Shown: positions 1 through 8,662, numbered from the stretch's first letter. The stretch is 64,000 bases of DNA from an uncultured Candidatus Saccharibacteria bacterium (GCA_964357525.1 CAYHLH010000001.1:11719-75718); one strand, 5' to 3'. Numbers and translations are program-made. Notes: generated from the sequence alone by a model not told the origin.

Positions 1-28
1 TTTTCTTATATCCCTTTTTGCGTCTCAT
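1..28 (-). CDS. rpsG: 5' end of 30S ribosomal protein S7 (runs off window)
   Basis: ATG at 28 reads MRRKKGYKK; directly downstream of rpsL as in the str operon; only 9 codons visible. Confidence 0.6.
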
Positions 29-221
29 GCCAATCTTATTTGCGAGCGGAGCGAGCAATCATAAGATTGCGCACCCGCCCAAGTTTTTTGGATTTTGCCG
101 ACTTCTTTATCATTGTTATTTTCATAATGGTATCAATTCTATTTACCCGTATAATTGCAAAAATTTGGGCGGGTAAGGTTTTGTCATCAAAATTTCTTCG
201 AAATTTTGAACAAAGCCCTTA
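29..221 (-). repeat. Three-hairpin stop-to-start intergenic element, copy 1
   Basis: TAAGGGCTTTGTTCAAAATTT...ACAAAACCTTACCCGCCCAAATTTTT [AT-rich loop] AAAAAACTTGGGCGGGTGC...GATTGGC-ATG. Confidence 0.85.
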
Positions 222-259
222 TGCCTTTTTTCCCTCTTCGCCCCGTACTTCGAACGCTG
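219..259 (-). pseudogene. Displaced duplicate of the rpsL 3' end
   Basis: Encodes [11 protein letters not shown] in GC-rich codons, the same peptide as the rpsL C-terminus. Confidence 0.8.
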
Positions 260-314
260 TCCCGACGCTTCGGTCGGGACTCCGACCTCTGATTTTATCA
301 GAGCGTCGGAGCTG

Positions 315-725
315 TTATGATTTTTTTTCACGTTTTGCTCCATATTTTGACCGTTGTTGTTTTCTCTTATTAACTCCCTGCGTGTCGAGAACTCCCCTCA
401 CGATGTGGTAGCGCACGCCCGGAAGGTCCTTGACCCTGCCTCCGCGGATGACGACCACCGAGTGCTCCTGGAGGTTATGCCCCTCGCCCGGGATGTAGGC
501 GGTCACCTCCATGCCGTTCGTGAGCCGCACGCGAGCGACCTTCCTAAGGGCCGAGTTCGGCTTCTTCGGGGTCGTGGTGAACACCTTCACGCACACGCCT
601 CTCTTGAAGGGCGAGGCGGAAAACACCGGGTTGTTCTTGATCATGTACATACCCAAAGCCGGCGCTTTGTTCTTTTTCTGCGCTCTTGTCCTCCCTTTTC
701 GTATCAATTGTCCTACGGTTGGCAT
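315..725 (-). CDS. rpsL: 30S ribosomal protein S12
   Basis: MPTVGQL start; [10 protein letters not shown] and [11 protein letters not shown] motifs. Confidence 0.99.
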   Translation of the reverse strand: MPTVGQLIRKGRTRAQKKNKAPALGMYMIKNNPVFSASPFKRGVCVKVFTTTPKKPNSALRKVARVRLTNGMEVTAYIPGEGHNLQEHSVVVIRGGRVKDLPGVRYHIVRGVLDTQGVNKRKQQRSKYGAKREKKS

Positions 726-1002
726 GCCGATGTTATTCGCGAACGGAGTGAGCGACCATATTTTCATATGAATAGTTCGCTCGGTCAAAATGAAAACCAA
801 CGCTTTTCATTTCTCCCTCGCTGCTATCCATAACATCGAGCACCCGCCCAAGTTTTTGGGCGCGTGTCGACTCTTTCACCATTGATTGTTTCATTGTTAT
901 ATTCATTGTGCAGGCCTTTGTTGTTTGAAAATTTGGGCGGGTAAGGTTTGGTCAATCAAAAAACCCTCGCCTACGGCTTGGGTTTTTTGAACCAAGCCCT
1001 TA
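726..1002 (-). repeat. Three-hairpin intergenic element, copy 2
   Basis: TAAGGGCTTGGTTCAAAAAA...ACCAAACCTTACCCGCCCAAATTTT ... AAAAACTTGGGCGGGTGCTCGATG...CATCGGC-ATG(rpsL). Confidence 0.85.
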
Positions 1003-1045
1003 AAACCTACGAGACAAGAATACCCAAGAACGCCAAAAAACGCAA

Positions 1046-1078
1046 GCCCAGTAGAGCTACTTTGTGATTCTACTGGGC
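1046..1078. repeat. GTAG-containing REP-like palindrome
   Basis: GCCCAGTAGA...TCTACTGGGC; related copies at 22266-22305 and 31287-31332. Confidence 0.65.
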
Positions 1079-1091
1079 AAGCAGAAAGCAT

Positions 1092-1694
1092 TCAAACCCC
1101 CACAAAAAGGCGGAAGAGGAACTCAACCGCGGGAAAGAGGAAATTGAGCCCCGAAAAGATGAGGACGAGGAGGATGATGAACCCGTAGCGCTCCAAAAAC
1201 GCCTGGGCTGCTTCGGTCCCGCGCGGGAGAAGCCAGAACAGGATCTTGCTGCCGTCCAAGGGAGGGATAGGGATGAGGTTGAAGATCGCGAGGGCGATGT
1301 TGATTATGATGACCGAGGCGATGAGCGGCTCGACGGCGCCGAACCCTCCGCCCGCGCGGTATGCGAGCGCGAACACGAGTGCAAGCACGACGTTCGCCGC
1401 TGGCCCCGCGAGCGCGATCAAAGCCCCTCCCTTCTTAGGGTCTTTCAGATTATAGGGATTGTAGGGAACGGGCTTCGCCCACCCGAACACGACGCCGCCG
1501 GGAATCAAGGATAGGAGGAGCGGGAGCGCCACGGACCCTATGGGATCTATGTGCTTCAACGGGTTCAGGGTCAATCTCCCCGCAAGGCGCGCGGTGTGGT
1601 CGCCGAGCTCGAGTGCCATAAGCCCGTGCGATACCTCGTGCACCACGACGGAAAACAGCAGCACCAACAGCTGAAATACGAAGAAAAATTCCAT
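1092..1694 (-). CDS. Site-2 protease (M50 family) membrane metalloprotease
   Basis: HEVSH zinc motif; LAGPAAN; FNLIPIPPLDG. Confidence 0.95.
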   Translation of the reverse strand: MEFFFVFQLLVLLFSVVVHEVSHGLMALELGDHTARLAGRLTLNPLKHIDPIGSVALPLLLSLIPGGVVFGWAKPVPYNPYNLKDPKKGGALIALAGPAANVVLALVFALAYRAGGGFGAVEPLIASVIIINIALAIFNLIPIPPLDGSKILFWLLPRGTEAAQAFLERYGFIILLVLIFSGLNFLFPAVEFLFRLFVGV

Positions 1695-1748
1695 TTTGTT
1701 CTGAAGCTTGATTATATCACGCAAATCTCGTATTCTACAGGCACGAAA

Positions 1749-2384
1749 ATGAAGAGGATAATCATCATTCTCATCGCGGTCGTCGTCATTATGGTGGGCT
1801 TTCTGGGCACTCTTTACTACCTCGTCATGCGTTCGGCGCTAGAGGAACCCGAGGCGGGAACGTCCGCGCAAACGGGGATCATGGGACTCTTCTTCAAGAA
1901 TCCCGAAACGGTGAACCCGAGTGCTTTCGTAACCACGACGACGTCCAGCGGCACCACCGTCATACAGATCGGCACAACTACGGTAACGACCGAGGCGCTC
2001 GTTGAGATCCCGACCTCCATCGTGTACATAGCGAGCGAAGCGCCGGAGAAAGTGGTGCTCTCGATCGAGAGCGTCGGCAAGACCGACAAGGGGACGGTGC
2101 TCGTCGCGCTCCGCGTATTCACGCTCGAAGCGTCGCGCGCGACCTCCATTAATCCCGCCGACTTCCTCGCGCTCATCCCTCCCGAGGGGAACGAGACGAG
2201 GCCGGACTTCATCCAGGGCAACTTCACAAACATGGCGCCGGGAGGGAACTACCAGGGGAACGCGATTTTCACGGTGCCCGCAGGGAGGACTTCCATCATC
2301 CTCCAGGTTGGGCGGGGTGAAGGCGTCGTCTTCTTCGAATTCAACTTCGCCAACAAGACATTCCGGCAGGTTGAAATAAGTTAA
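1749..2384 (+). CDS. Membrane-anchored extracellular protein (Ig-like/DUF4352-like)
   Basis: N-terminal TM helix, Thr-rich linker, beta-rich C-terminal domain. Confidence 0.7.
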   Translation: MKRIIIILIAVVVIMVGFLGTLYYLVMRSALEEPEAGTSAQTGIMGLFFKNPETVNPSAFVTTTTSSGTTVIQIGTTTVTTEALVEIPTSIVYIASEAPEKVVLSIESVGKTDKGTVLVALRVFTLEASRATSINPADFLALIPPEGNETRPDFIQGNFTNMAPGGNYQGNAIFTVPAGRTSIILQVGRGEGVVFFEFNFANKTFRQVEIS

Positions 2385-2598
2385 GATTTTGTATAAAATC
2401 TGAATTCAGTGAGAATTTTATAAACAAAATCTTACCCACCCAAATTTTTAAAAGATAAAACATTATGACGAAACAATTCAATCAATTAAAAGGCAGTCAC
2501 CGCGATATCCCAACAATCGTTCAAAAACTTGGGCGGGTGCTCAATTCTATGGATAAATTTTTATCGCCGACTGACTCAAAAATTTATATATAATCGGC
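2382..2598 (+). repeat. Three-hairpin intergenic element, copy 3
   Basis: TAAGATTTTGT...ACAAAATCTTACCCACCCAAATTTTT ... AAAAACTTGGGCGGGTGCTCAATTCTATGGATAAATTTT...AAAATTTATATATAATCGGC-ATG(rpmB). Confidence 0.85.
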
Positions 2599-2817
2599 AT
2601 GCGCATCTGTTTTTACTGCGGAAAATCGTACAAGGGCGGCGGCACAAGGAAACTCCTTCGCGGCCACTACAACCCGACGAACTTCGGGAAGAAGCGGGCT
2701 AATTTGCAGTGGATGAAGGACGGAAAGACCGGCAAGCGCGTACTCGCGTGCACCTCGTGCATGAGAACGACGATAAAGACGAAAACAAAAAAGGGGAGGA
2801 AGGTCAAAACCCACTGA
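2599..2817 (+). CDS. rpmB: 50S ribosomal protein L28
   Basis: CxxCGK, ANLQ and CTSCMR pattern; very basic. Confidence 0.9.
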   Translation: MRICFYCGKSYKGGGTRKLLRGHYNPTNFGKKRANLQWMKDGKTGKRVLACTSCMRTTIKTKTKKGRKVKTH

Positions 2818-2835
2818 ACAATTCTATGGAATTGT

Positions 2836-3486
2836 TCAGTGATTTTGTAACGGGACGAAGACGAACCCTGGGAATTCCTCCATTTCGAGCTTTCCGAATT
2901 CGGTCTTTTCCATTTTCCACACCGAGAGGCCCAAGGGGATGACCATTCGCCCGCCTCGCGTCGGCTCGCCGCGAGTCGAGGCGGGCCCGCCCGCTTTCAG
3001 CTGTTCCACGAGCGGCTGCGGCAATTCACTTCCGGAGGCGGAGACGAGTATCTTGTCGAACGGGGCCTCGCTGGACAGACCCACTTCCTTCCCCGCCGGC
3101 TCGATGCGCACGTTCTTGAACCCGTACTTGCCGAGATTTGTCTTCCCGAATTCCACGAGTTCGGGGACTATTTCCGTTCCGATTACGCTCCCCTTCTCTC
3201 CTGCGATGCGCGCGAGGAGCGCCGTGGTCCATCCGGAACCGGAACCGACATCCAGGATCTTCTCCCCTTCCTTTGGCTCAAGGAGCTCCAGCATGAACGC
3301 GACGGTGTACGGCTGCGAGATGGTGGCGCCGTATCCTATCGGAAAGGCATTATCTTCATACGCGGCACGCCTGTATGCCTCTGGCATAAAATCGGCGCGG
3401 TCCACCTCAGTAAACGCGCGGACGATAACGGGGTTTTTCAGAACTCCTTTACGCTTAAGATGCTCCACGAGCTCCGCGTTCGCCAT
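2836..3486 (-). CDS. pcm: Protein-L-isoaspartate O-methyltransferase
   Basis: TISQP, LDVGSGSGW, APFDKI and FVFVPL motifs; in-frame palindromic insert PASTRGEPTRGG. Confidence 0.95.
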   Translation of the reverse strand: MANAELVEHLKRKGVLKNPVIVRAFTEVDRADFMPEAYRRAAYEDNAFPIGYGATISQPYTVAFMLELLEPKEGEKILDVGSGSGWTTALLARIAGEKGSVIGTEIVPELVEFGKTNLGKYGFKNVRIEPAGKEVGLSSEAPFDKILVSASGSELPQPLVEQLKAGGPASTRGEPTRGGRMVIPLGLSVWKMEKTEFGKLEMEEFPGFVFVPLQNH

Positions 3487-3517
3487 TATATTATTTTACA
3501 ACTTATTCAAAATTGAA

Positions 3518-3631
3518 GCCGGGAATTTCACGTCGCTCCGCTCTTTAAGAACCCACGGTTCTTAACGGATCTCCTCCACGGGAGACCAGCGTGTTCTCCC
3601 GACCCCACTCCTGTCCAATTCCATAACCGGC
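3518..3631 (-). repeat. tRNA-tail structured module, copy after tRNA-Pro
   Basis: GGAATTGGAC-N6-GGGGTCGGGAG..CTCCCGTGGAGGA..TTAAGAACCGTGGGTTCTTAA..GTGA-AATTCCCGGC. Confidence 0.8.
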
Positions 3632-3669
3632 AAATACAAAAGACGGGAAAAATCCTGTCTTTTGTATTT
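3632..3669 (-). terminator. Hairpin immediately 3' of tRNA-Pro
   Basis: AAATACAAAAGAC..GTCTTTTGTATTT inverted repeat. Confidence 0.6.
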
Positions 3670-3671
3670 TG

Positions 3672-3742
3672 TCGGGCTGCCGGGAATTGAACCCGGTCTA
3701 CATGCACCCCATGCATGCGTACTGCCGGTATACTACAGCCCG
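3672..3742 (-). tRNA. tRNA-Pro(GGG)
   Basis: Cloverleaf CGGGCTG/CAGCCCG; anticodon arm CATGC-ATGGGGT-GCATG; GGTTCAATTCC T-arm. Confidence 0.92.
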
Positions 3743-3886
3743 AGTGAAGGAGGGATGCTATCTTTCGAAGAAAGATACAGCCCTAACGCACCAAAATTGT
3801 AGCGAAATAAAAAAATATCCGCAATTCGCGGATATTCTAAAAAATGTTTTCAATGGTTACTTCAAGATATAGGAATACTTACGGTG

Positions 3887-4267
3887 TTATTTCACTCCCT
3901 CACCCTCGGCATCAACTTTTCCACCACGAATATGCGTATTGCTGCATGAAGGACACTTTCCTTTATGATCATCCCGTATACGTTCAAACTCGGATCTGTC
4001 GAAATAATAGATTCGTGAACCATCGGGCATTTTCCAATACCAGCATACCGTTGATTCCCTACAATCAGTGACAAACTCAACCTTTTCACCCGCTCTGCGA
4101 ACATCGGTAACTTCAGAAGGTACGAAATTAACGCCGCGGCTCAAATCTTCTGTGTCTGAACGGGGGAATATCTGCCCCTTATCGCCACCACCACCTAAGG
4201 CATTCACTGTAAAACCTAACGCGGAGATTTCATTGATATTTGAATATTTTTCTGCTTTTTTTACCAA
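3887..4267 (-). CDS. AT-rich orphan protein with two CxxC pairs
   Basis: ORF with SD-like AAGGGG, own promoter and downstream hairpin; CRES..C and CPSC. Confidence 0.6.
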   Translation of the reverse strand: MVKKAEKYSNINEISALGFTVNALGGGGDKGQIFPRSDTEDLSRGVNFVPSEVTDVRRAGEKVEFVTDCRESTVCWYWKMPDGSRIYYFDRSEFERIRDDHKGKCPSCSNTHIRGGKVDAEGEGVK

Positions 4268-4320
4268 AACAGAACCCCTTTCGTTTTTATTAAAAATAAA
4301 TGTTATTTAACTAACTAAAA

Positions 4321-4348
4321 AATACCATATAATATGGTATAAGTCAAT
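4321..4348 (-). promoter_or_regulatory. sigma70 promoter overlapping the palindrome ATACCATATAATATGGTAT
   Basis: TTGACT-N15-TGGTATT on the minus strand; similar to 43547-43573. Confidence 0.55.
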
Positions 4349-4367
4349 AATCAAAAACGGGACCGAA

Positions 4368-5273
4368 CTACACGTGCAGGTACCGGCGGATGGCGATGAC
4401 CGAAGAAAGGATGCCGAGCGCGACGCCGAAGAGCACCTGGTAGAGGAAAAATTTCAGGAAGTTAGCCGAAAAGTACGCACTTAAGGACACTTCGGGTATG
4501 AAATTGGAAACATATGGCGAGATGAACCCGATGATGGGCACCAAGATGAGGAAACTCACGATGGCGCCGATGACGCCGTAGAGGATGCCCTCCACGATGT
4601 AGGGCCCGCGGATGAAGTTGTTCCCCGCCCCCACGAGCCGCATGATGCCGATGGCGTCGCTGTTCGAGAATATGGCGAGCCGGATGGTGTTGAACGTGAT
4701 CATGATGGCGAGGAAGGAGAGGAACGAAGTGAGGATGGCCCCTCCGTTCCTGATGGTGTCGACGAAGGCGATGAGGCGGTCGATGACGAGTTGGTTCTGC
4801 GCATAGGTCACCTTTTCCACCTGTTCGTTGAACGAGGGCTTGTCGAGATAGCTCGCGATCGTCTCATAGTGGCGAGGGTCATTCGCCTTGATGTTCAGGG
4901 ACGCGAGAAGCGGGTTCTCGTCGAGCTGGGAGAGGGTTTCCGTGATGACCGGATCGTCCTTGTGCTGCTCCTGAAATATGCGGAGAGCGTCGTCGCGCGA
5001 GATGTACTCCACCTCTTTCACCTCCGAAAGCCCTTCAAGGGAACGCTTGATGTTCAGGACGGCGTCCTCGGTGACGTTCGTCTTGAAGTACACGCTGATG
5101 TCTATTTTCTCCTGAATGGACTCCACCGCCCCCTTTGCCACGACGTTGAAGACGATGAGGCCCTCGAAAACGATGAGCGCGAGGACCATGATGCTGATTG
5201 TGGATGCGGAAAGCCACCCGTTCCTCATGAAGCTGCTCCATCCGTATTTCACTATGCGAAGAAGTTTTACCAT
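4368..5273 (-). CDS. ftsX: Cell division permease FtsX
   Basis: 4 TM helices; IMRLVGA..FIRGPY motif; adjacent to ftsE. Confidence 0.95.
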   Translation of the reverse strand: MVKLLRIVKYGWSSFMRNGWLSASTISIMVLALIVFEGLIVFNVVAKGAVESIQEKIDISVYFKTNVTEDAVLNIKRSLEGLSEVKEVEYISRDDALRIFQEQHKDDPVITETLSQLDENPLLASLNIKANDPRHYETIASYLDKPSFNEQVEKVTYAQNQLVIDRLIAFVDTIRNGGAILTSFLSFLAIMITFNTIRLAIFSNSDAIGIMRLVGAGNNFIRGPYIVEGILYGVIGAIVSFLILVPIIGFISPYVSNFIPEVSLSAYFSANFLKFFLYQVLFGVALGILSSVIAIRRYLHV

Positions 5274-5292
5274 TGCCTCCTTATTATACTAT

Positions 5293-5976
5293 CTATCCTA
5301 TGATGAACCTCCCGTTCTCCTCGTCTTTCACGACCGCTCCGTTCTCGAGCGTAATGACGCGCTGTCCCAGTGTGTTCACTATCTCCTTGTCGTGCGTCGC
5401 GAGGATGACCGTGCTCCCGAGCTCGTTTATCTTCGTGAGGAGCTTGATGACCTCCCACGTGTTGAAGGGATCCAAATTCCCCGTCGGCTCGTCGGCAACG
5501 AGCACGTCCGGCCTGTTTATCATCGCCCGCGCGATCGCCACGCGCTGTTTTTCCCCGCCCGAGAGCTCCTGCGGGAAATTGTGCGCCTTTTCCCTCAAGC
5601 CCACCATCTCAAGGACCTGCGGGACCAATTCGTTTATCTCCGTCTGCGTGCGCCCCTCAACCTCCAGGGCGAACGCGACGTTTTCGAACGCGGTCTTCTT
5701 CAAAAGAAGGCGGAAATCCTGGAAGATGACGCCGATGTGGCGGCGGTATTCCGGCATCTCGTTCGAACGCAGCTTCTGAACCTCATAGGGGCCGAAGAAT
5801 ACCTGGCCCTTGGTCGGCTTTTCCTCCCCGATGAGGAGCTTGATGATGGTGGATTTCCCCGCCCCCGACCTGCCGACGATGGAAACGAACTCGTTCGGCT
5901 GGATCTTGAAGCTTACCTTGTCCAGGGCTACGGTGCCGTGATTGTAGGTTTTGGTGACGTTTTGGAAGATTATCAT
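5293..5976 (-). CDS. ftsE: Cell division ATP-binding protein FtsE
   Basis: GRSGAGKS, FQDFRLL, LSGGEKQR, ADEPTGNLD. Confidence 0.96.
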   Translation of the reverse strand: MIIFQNVTKTYNHGTVALDKVSFKIQPNEFVSIVGRSGAGKSTIIKLLIGEEKPTKGQVFFGPYEVQKLRSNEMPEYRRHIGVIFQDFRLLLKKTAFENVAFALEVEGRTQTEINELVPQVLEMVGLREKAHNFPQELSGGEKQRVAIARAMINRPDVLVADEPTGNLDPFNTWEVIKLLTKINELGSTVILATHDKEIVNTLGQRVITLENGAVVKDEENGRFIIG

Positions 5977-6091
5977 GCGATTTTCCCCGATACCGCCGGA
6001 AAAGGCCAGAAAAATGGCGCGATATCGCGGCCTATGAGACAAGTATACACCATTTTCCGCCCCCTGCGCCCCTTGTTGTGGATAAGGAAGA

Positions 6092-6778
6092 TTACCCCTG
6101 GAGGATGTCCAGGTCGCCTTCGAGCACCTTCTCCACCGCGGACCATTTCTTTCCCGTCGCGTGGTCCTTCACCTGCTTGTATGGATGCAGCACGTACGAG
6201 CGTATCTCATGGCCCCACTCGGGACTGACCCTTGTTTTGAGGTTCGCGAGCTCGGTCTCGTGCTTTTCCTTCATGAGCTCGATGAGCTTCGTCTTCAGCA
6301 TCTCCATCGCGCGGTCGCGGTTCGAGCTTTGACTCCTCTCCGCCCTGCACGATACGACGACGCCCGTCGGGATGTGCACCACGCGGACCGCGGTCTCTAC
6401 CTTGTTCACATTCTGCCCGCCGGGGCCACCGGAGCGCGAGAATTCCACCTTGATGTCGCTCTCCGGTATCTTGAGCTTCGCGGTCTCCATTAGGGGAAGG
6501 ATAGGGAGCACCTCCACTAGCGCGAACGAGGTGTGGCGCAACTTCTTCGCGTCAAATGGGGAAATTCTCACGAGCCGATGCACGCCCGCCTCGGAGCGGA
6601 GGCGCGCGTAGGAATCCCCCTTCAATTCGATGATATTGTCGCTTATCTGCGCCGATTTCCAGCCTTTTTTCTCCGCGTAACGGGAATACATGCGAAGGAG
6701 CATTTGCGCCCAATCCTTCGCGTCATCTCCTCCCGCGCCCGCCAACACCGACACTATCGCTCCTTTTGTATTTTCCAT
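6092..6778 (-). CDS. prfB: Peptide chain release factor 2, short form lacking the N-terminal domain
   Basis: GVHRLVRISPFD (SPF), GPGGQNVNK, IRSY; prfB-ftsE-ftsX gene order. Confidence 0.85.
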   Translation of the reverse strand: MENTKGAIVSVLAGAGGDDAKDWAQMLLRMYSRYAEKKGWKSAQISDNIIELKGDSYARLRSEAGVHRLVRISPFDAKKLRHTSFALVEVLPILPLMETAKLKIPESDIKVEFSRSGGPGGQNVNKVETAVRVVHIPTGVVVSCRAERSQSSNRDRAMEMLKTKLIELMKEKHETELANLKTRVSPEWGHEIRSYVLHPYKQVKDHATGKKWSAVEKVLEGDLDILQG

Positions 6779-6779
6779 G

Positions 6780-6851
6780 AGCCGGAGAGAGGAGTCGAAC
6801 CCCCAACCTTACCCTTACGAAGGGTCTGCTCTGCCATTGAGCTACTCCGGC
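6780..6851 (-). tRNA. tRNA-Thr(CGT)
   Basis: GCCGGAG/CTCCGGC acceptor; anticodon loop TTCGTAA; GGTTCGACTCC. Confidence 0.92.
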
Positions 6852-7297
6852 ATACCCCCAACAAACTTACGGCCTTCTTTTGCTCTCTTACTTAACACAC
6901 GCCCTTTTCTCCCACTGCCTTTATTCAACCCTGCATACGTTGGGGTCAGTGAATCGCAGTTCGGACATAGAAGACGAAGGTTGCTCTCTACATTATTGCG
7001 CCAATTGCCATCTATGTGATCAGCCACCAAGGGGCTTTGTTTAGTCACAGGATTTACCTTAGACCATCCGCACAAACAGCAACAGTCGTTGTATTTTCTC
7101 CGCAAATATCGTTTAACATATCTTGAAACTATGCCTAGTCCCTGTAATCCACTTACTTTCCCATCTTTCCACCTCTCGATGTATGACCGATATTGGTATT
7201 CAAGCTGACACACATTACTGCAATAGCGATAATACGAACGCTCCGGTTCTTTGCCACATACCGGACATTTTCTTCTTGGTTTTCGTTGAATCGGCAC
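6842..7297 (-). CDS. HNH endonuclease with N-terminal zinc finger
   Basis: CPVC..CSNVC, CCLCGW, DHIDGNWRNN...NLRLLCPNCD; lower GC; stop codon lies inside tRNA-Thr. Confidence 0.9.
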   Translation of the reverse strand: MPIQRKPRRKCPVCGKEPERSYYRYCSNVCQLEYQYRSYIERWKDGKVSGLQGLGIVSRYVKRYLRRKYNDCCCLCGWSKVNPVTKQSPLVADHIDGNWRNNVESNLRLLCPNCDSLTPTYAGLNKGSGRKGRVLSKRAKEGRKFVGGMPE

Positions 7298-7463
7298 ATA
7301 AGTAATTATACATCAACCCGGGACCAACTCCAAAAGTAACGGCGGTCGTCGATTGTTTGTATTTTAAAGAGCGATAAAAATGTCATCCCCCCGTTGCATT
7401 TCGCGAAGCGAAATTGTTTTGGAGATCTATGGTGGCGATGAATCCGCCCTCCATATTCTTCCC

Positions 7464-7688
7464 TTACTTATTCCTGCGCGTCAAGACGAAGAGATTGTTT
7501 CCCTCGTACTCCAATGTGTAATTGCGGTCGGCGTTGTCCTCAAACTGGCACAACTTGTTTTTCTTCGCCATTTCGAAGAACACCTTCGATTCGGCGGTTT
7601 CCAAGTGGTCCTTAAGGTGATACGCGCCTTCTTTCGCGTCGGAGTCATATCGAACCCTGTAATCGTGTATGTATTTCGTCTCCGCCAT
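7464..7688 (-). CDS. Small hypothetical protein
   Basis: MAETKYIHDY... 74-aa ORF directly after the PAP2 gene. Confidence 0.6.
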   Translation of the reverse strand: MAETKYIHDYRVRYDSDAKEGAYHLKDHLETAESKVFFEMAKKNKLCQFEDNADRNYTLEYEGNNLFVLTRRNK

Positions 7689-7696
7689 GCGTTCAA

Positions 7697-8239
7697 TTAT
7701 ACCACCCGTCTCCCGCCTTCCGCCTTCCCTCGGCGGGAAACTAGCCACTTCGCCGCAAGGAACGACACTAGCGCGATGAGGAATCCCGCGACGATGTCGC
7801 TGGGCCAATGGACGCCCGAGGCGACCCGTGCGAGGGAAACGACCGCCGCGGCGACGAAGAACCATAACGCCCATTCCCGGCGCACATGCCACATCGCGAA
7901 CGCGACGGCGAATAGCAATGCCGCATGCCCCGAGGGAAACGAGCCGCCGGACGCGGTGAAAAGCGGCTTCAGGCCAAGAACCTCATACGGGCGGCCGCGG
8001 TCTATGAGAAACCCCACGATCTCCGCAATGACGCCGCGCGAGAGAAGCAGGACGAGCGCGGTGAAAAGCGCATCGTGTATGCGCGCGCGCCTCCCCTTTT
8101 CGGAGAGAAGAAGCCATAAGGCGAAGGCGCCGACGAGCCACGGCAGATAAACCGCCAGGGAGACCAATACGAAATTAAAAAAAGAGAGCCGCTCGGCAAT
8201 CTGGTAGAAGAACTGAAATAAGAGAAGATCGAGGGCCAT
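7697..8239 (-). CDS. PAP2-family phosphatase (undecaprenyl-PP phosphatase-like)
   Basis: RGRP, SFPSGH, ARVASGVHWPSD. Confidence 0.92.
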   Translation of the reverse strand: MALDLLLFQFFYQIAERLSFFNFVLVSLAVYLPWLVGAFALWLLLSEKGRRARIHDALFTALVLLLSRGVIAEIVGFLIDRGRPYEVLGLKPLFTASGGSFPSGHAALLFAVAFAMWHVRREWALWFFVAAAVVSLARVASGVHWPSDIVAGFLIALVSFLAAKWLVSRRGKAEGGRRVV

Positions 8240-8246
8240 TATGCAC

Positions 8247-8447
8247 TTAATTTCTGGTGAACGGCAGAAGCCCTAAAATGCGCGCGCGCTTGATGGCGCC
8301 GGCGAGCTGCCTCTGGTGCGAAGCGCACACGCCGGTGTGCCGCGGATCGATGATCTTCGCCTGCGAGGACACGAAACGCCTCAACACCTCGACGTTCTCG
8401 TGATCGATGATCTTGACATTCTGGGAACAAAAAAAGCACTGGCGCAT
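8247..8447 (-). CDS. rpsR: 30S ribosomal protein S18 (Zn-binding type)
   Basis: CFFC; TGVCASHQR..AIKRARILGLLPF. Confidence 0.97.
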   Translation of the reverse strand: MRQCFFCSQNVKIIDHENVEVLRRFVSSQAKIIDPRHTGVCASHQRQLAGAIKRARILGLLPFTRN

Positions 8448-8662
8448 GCCGATTATATATAAATTTTCGAGTCCACCGACGATGAAAATTTATCCATAGA
8501 ATCGAGCACCCCGCACATAATATGCCGATTCGACGATGTATAATATTCTATTTTACTCCTGTTGTTCATAAAATTAATTTTAATGAATCGCTTATGTGCA
8601 GGGTTTAGGTTTGGTAATCAAAAATTCTTCGCCCGCGGCTCGAATTTTTGAACCAAGCCCTA
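8448..8662 (-). repeat. Three-hairpin intergenic element, copy 4 (variant central stem)
   Basis: TAGGGCTTGGTTCAAAAATT...ACCAAACCTA; central stem ACCCTGCACATAA/TTATGTGCGGGGT; ends AAAATTTATATATAATCGGC-ATG(rpsR). Confidence 0.85.

Noticed and set aside
219-380. Diversity-generating retroelement template/variable repeat pair
   Set aside because: Differences are synonymous rather than adenine-specific, the repeat is ~40 nt, and no reverse transcriptase is in the window
7300-7463. Possible tmRNA or other ncRNA upstream of the HNH gene
   Set aside because: Only small hairpins; no tRNA-like 3' end or tag reading frame could be identified
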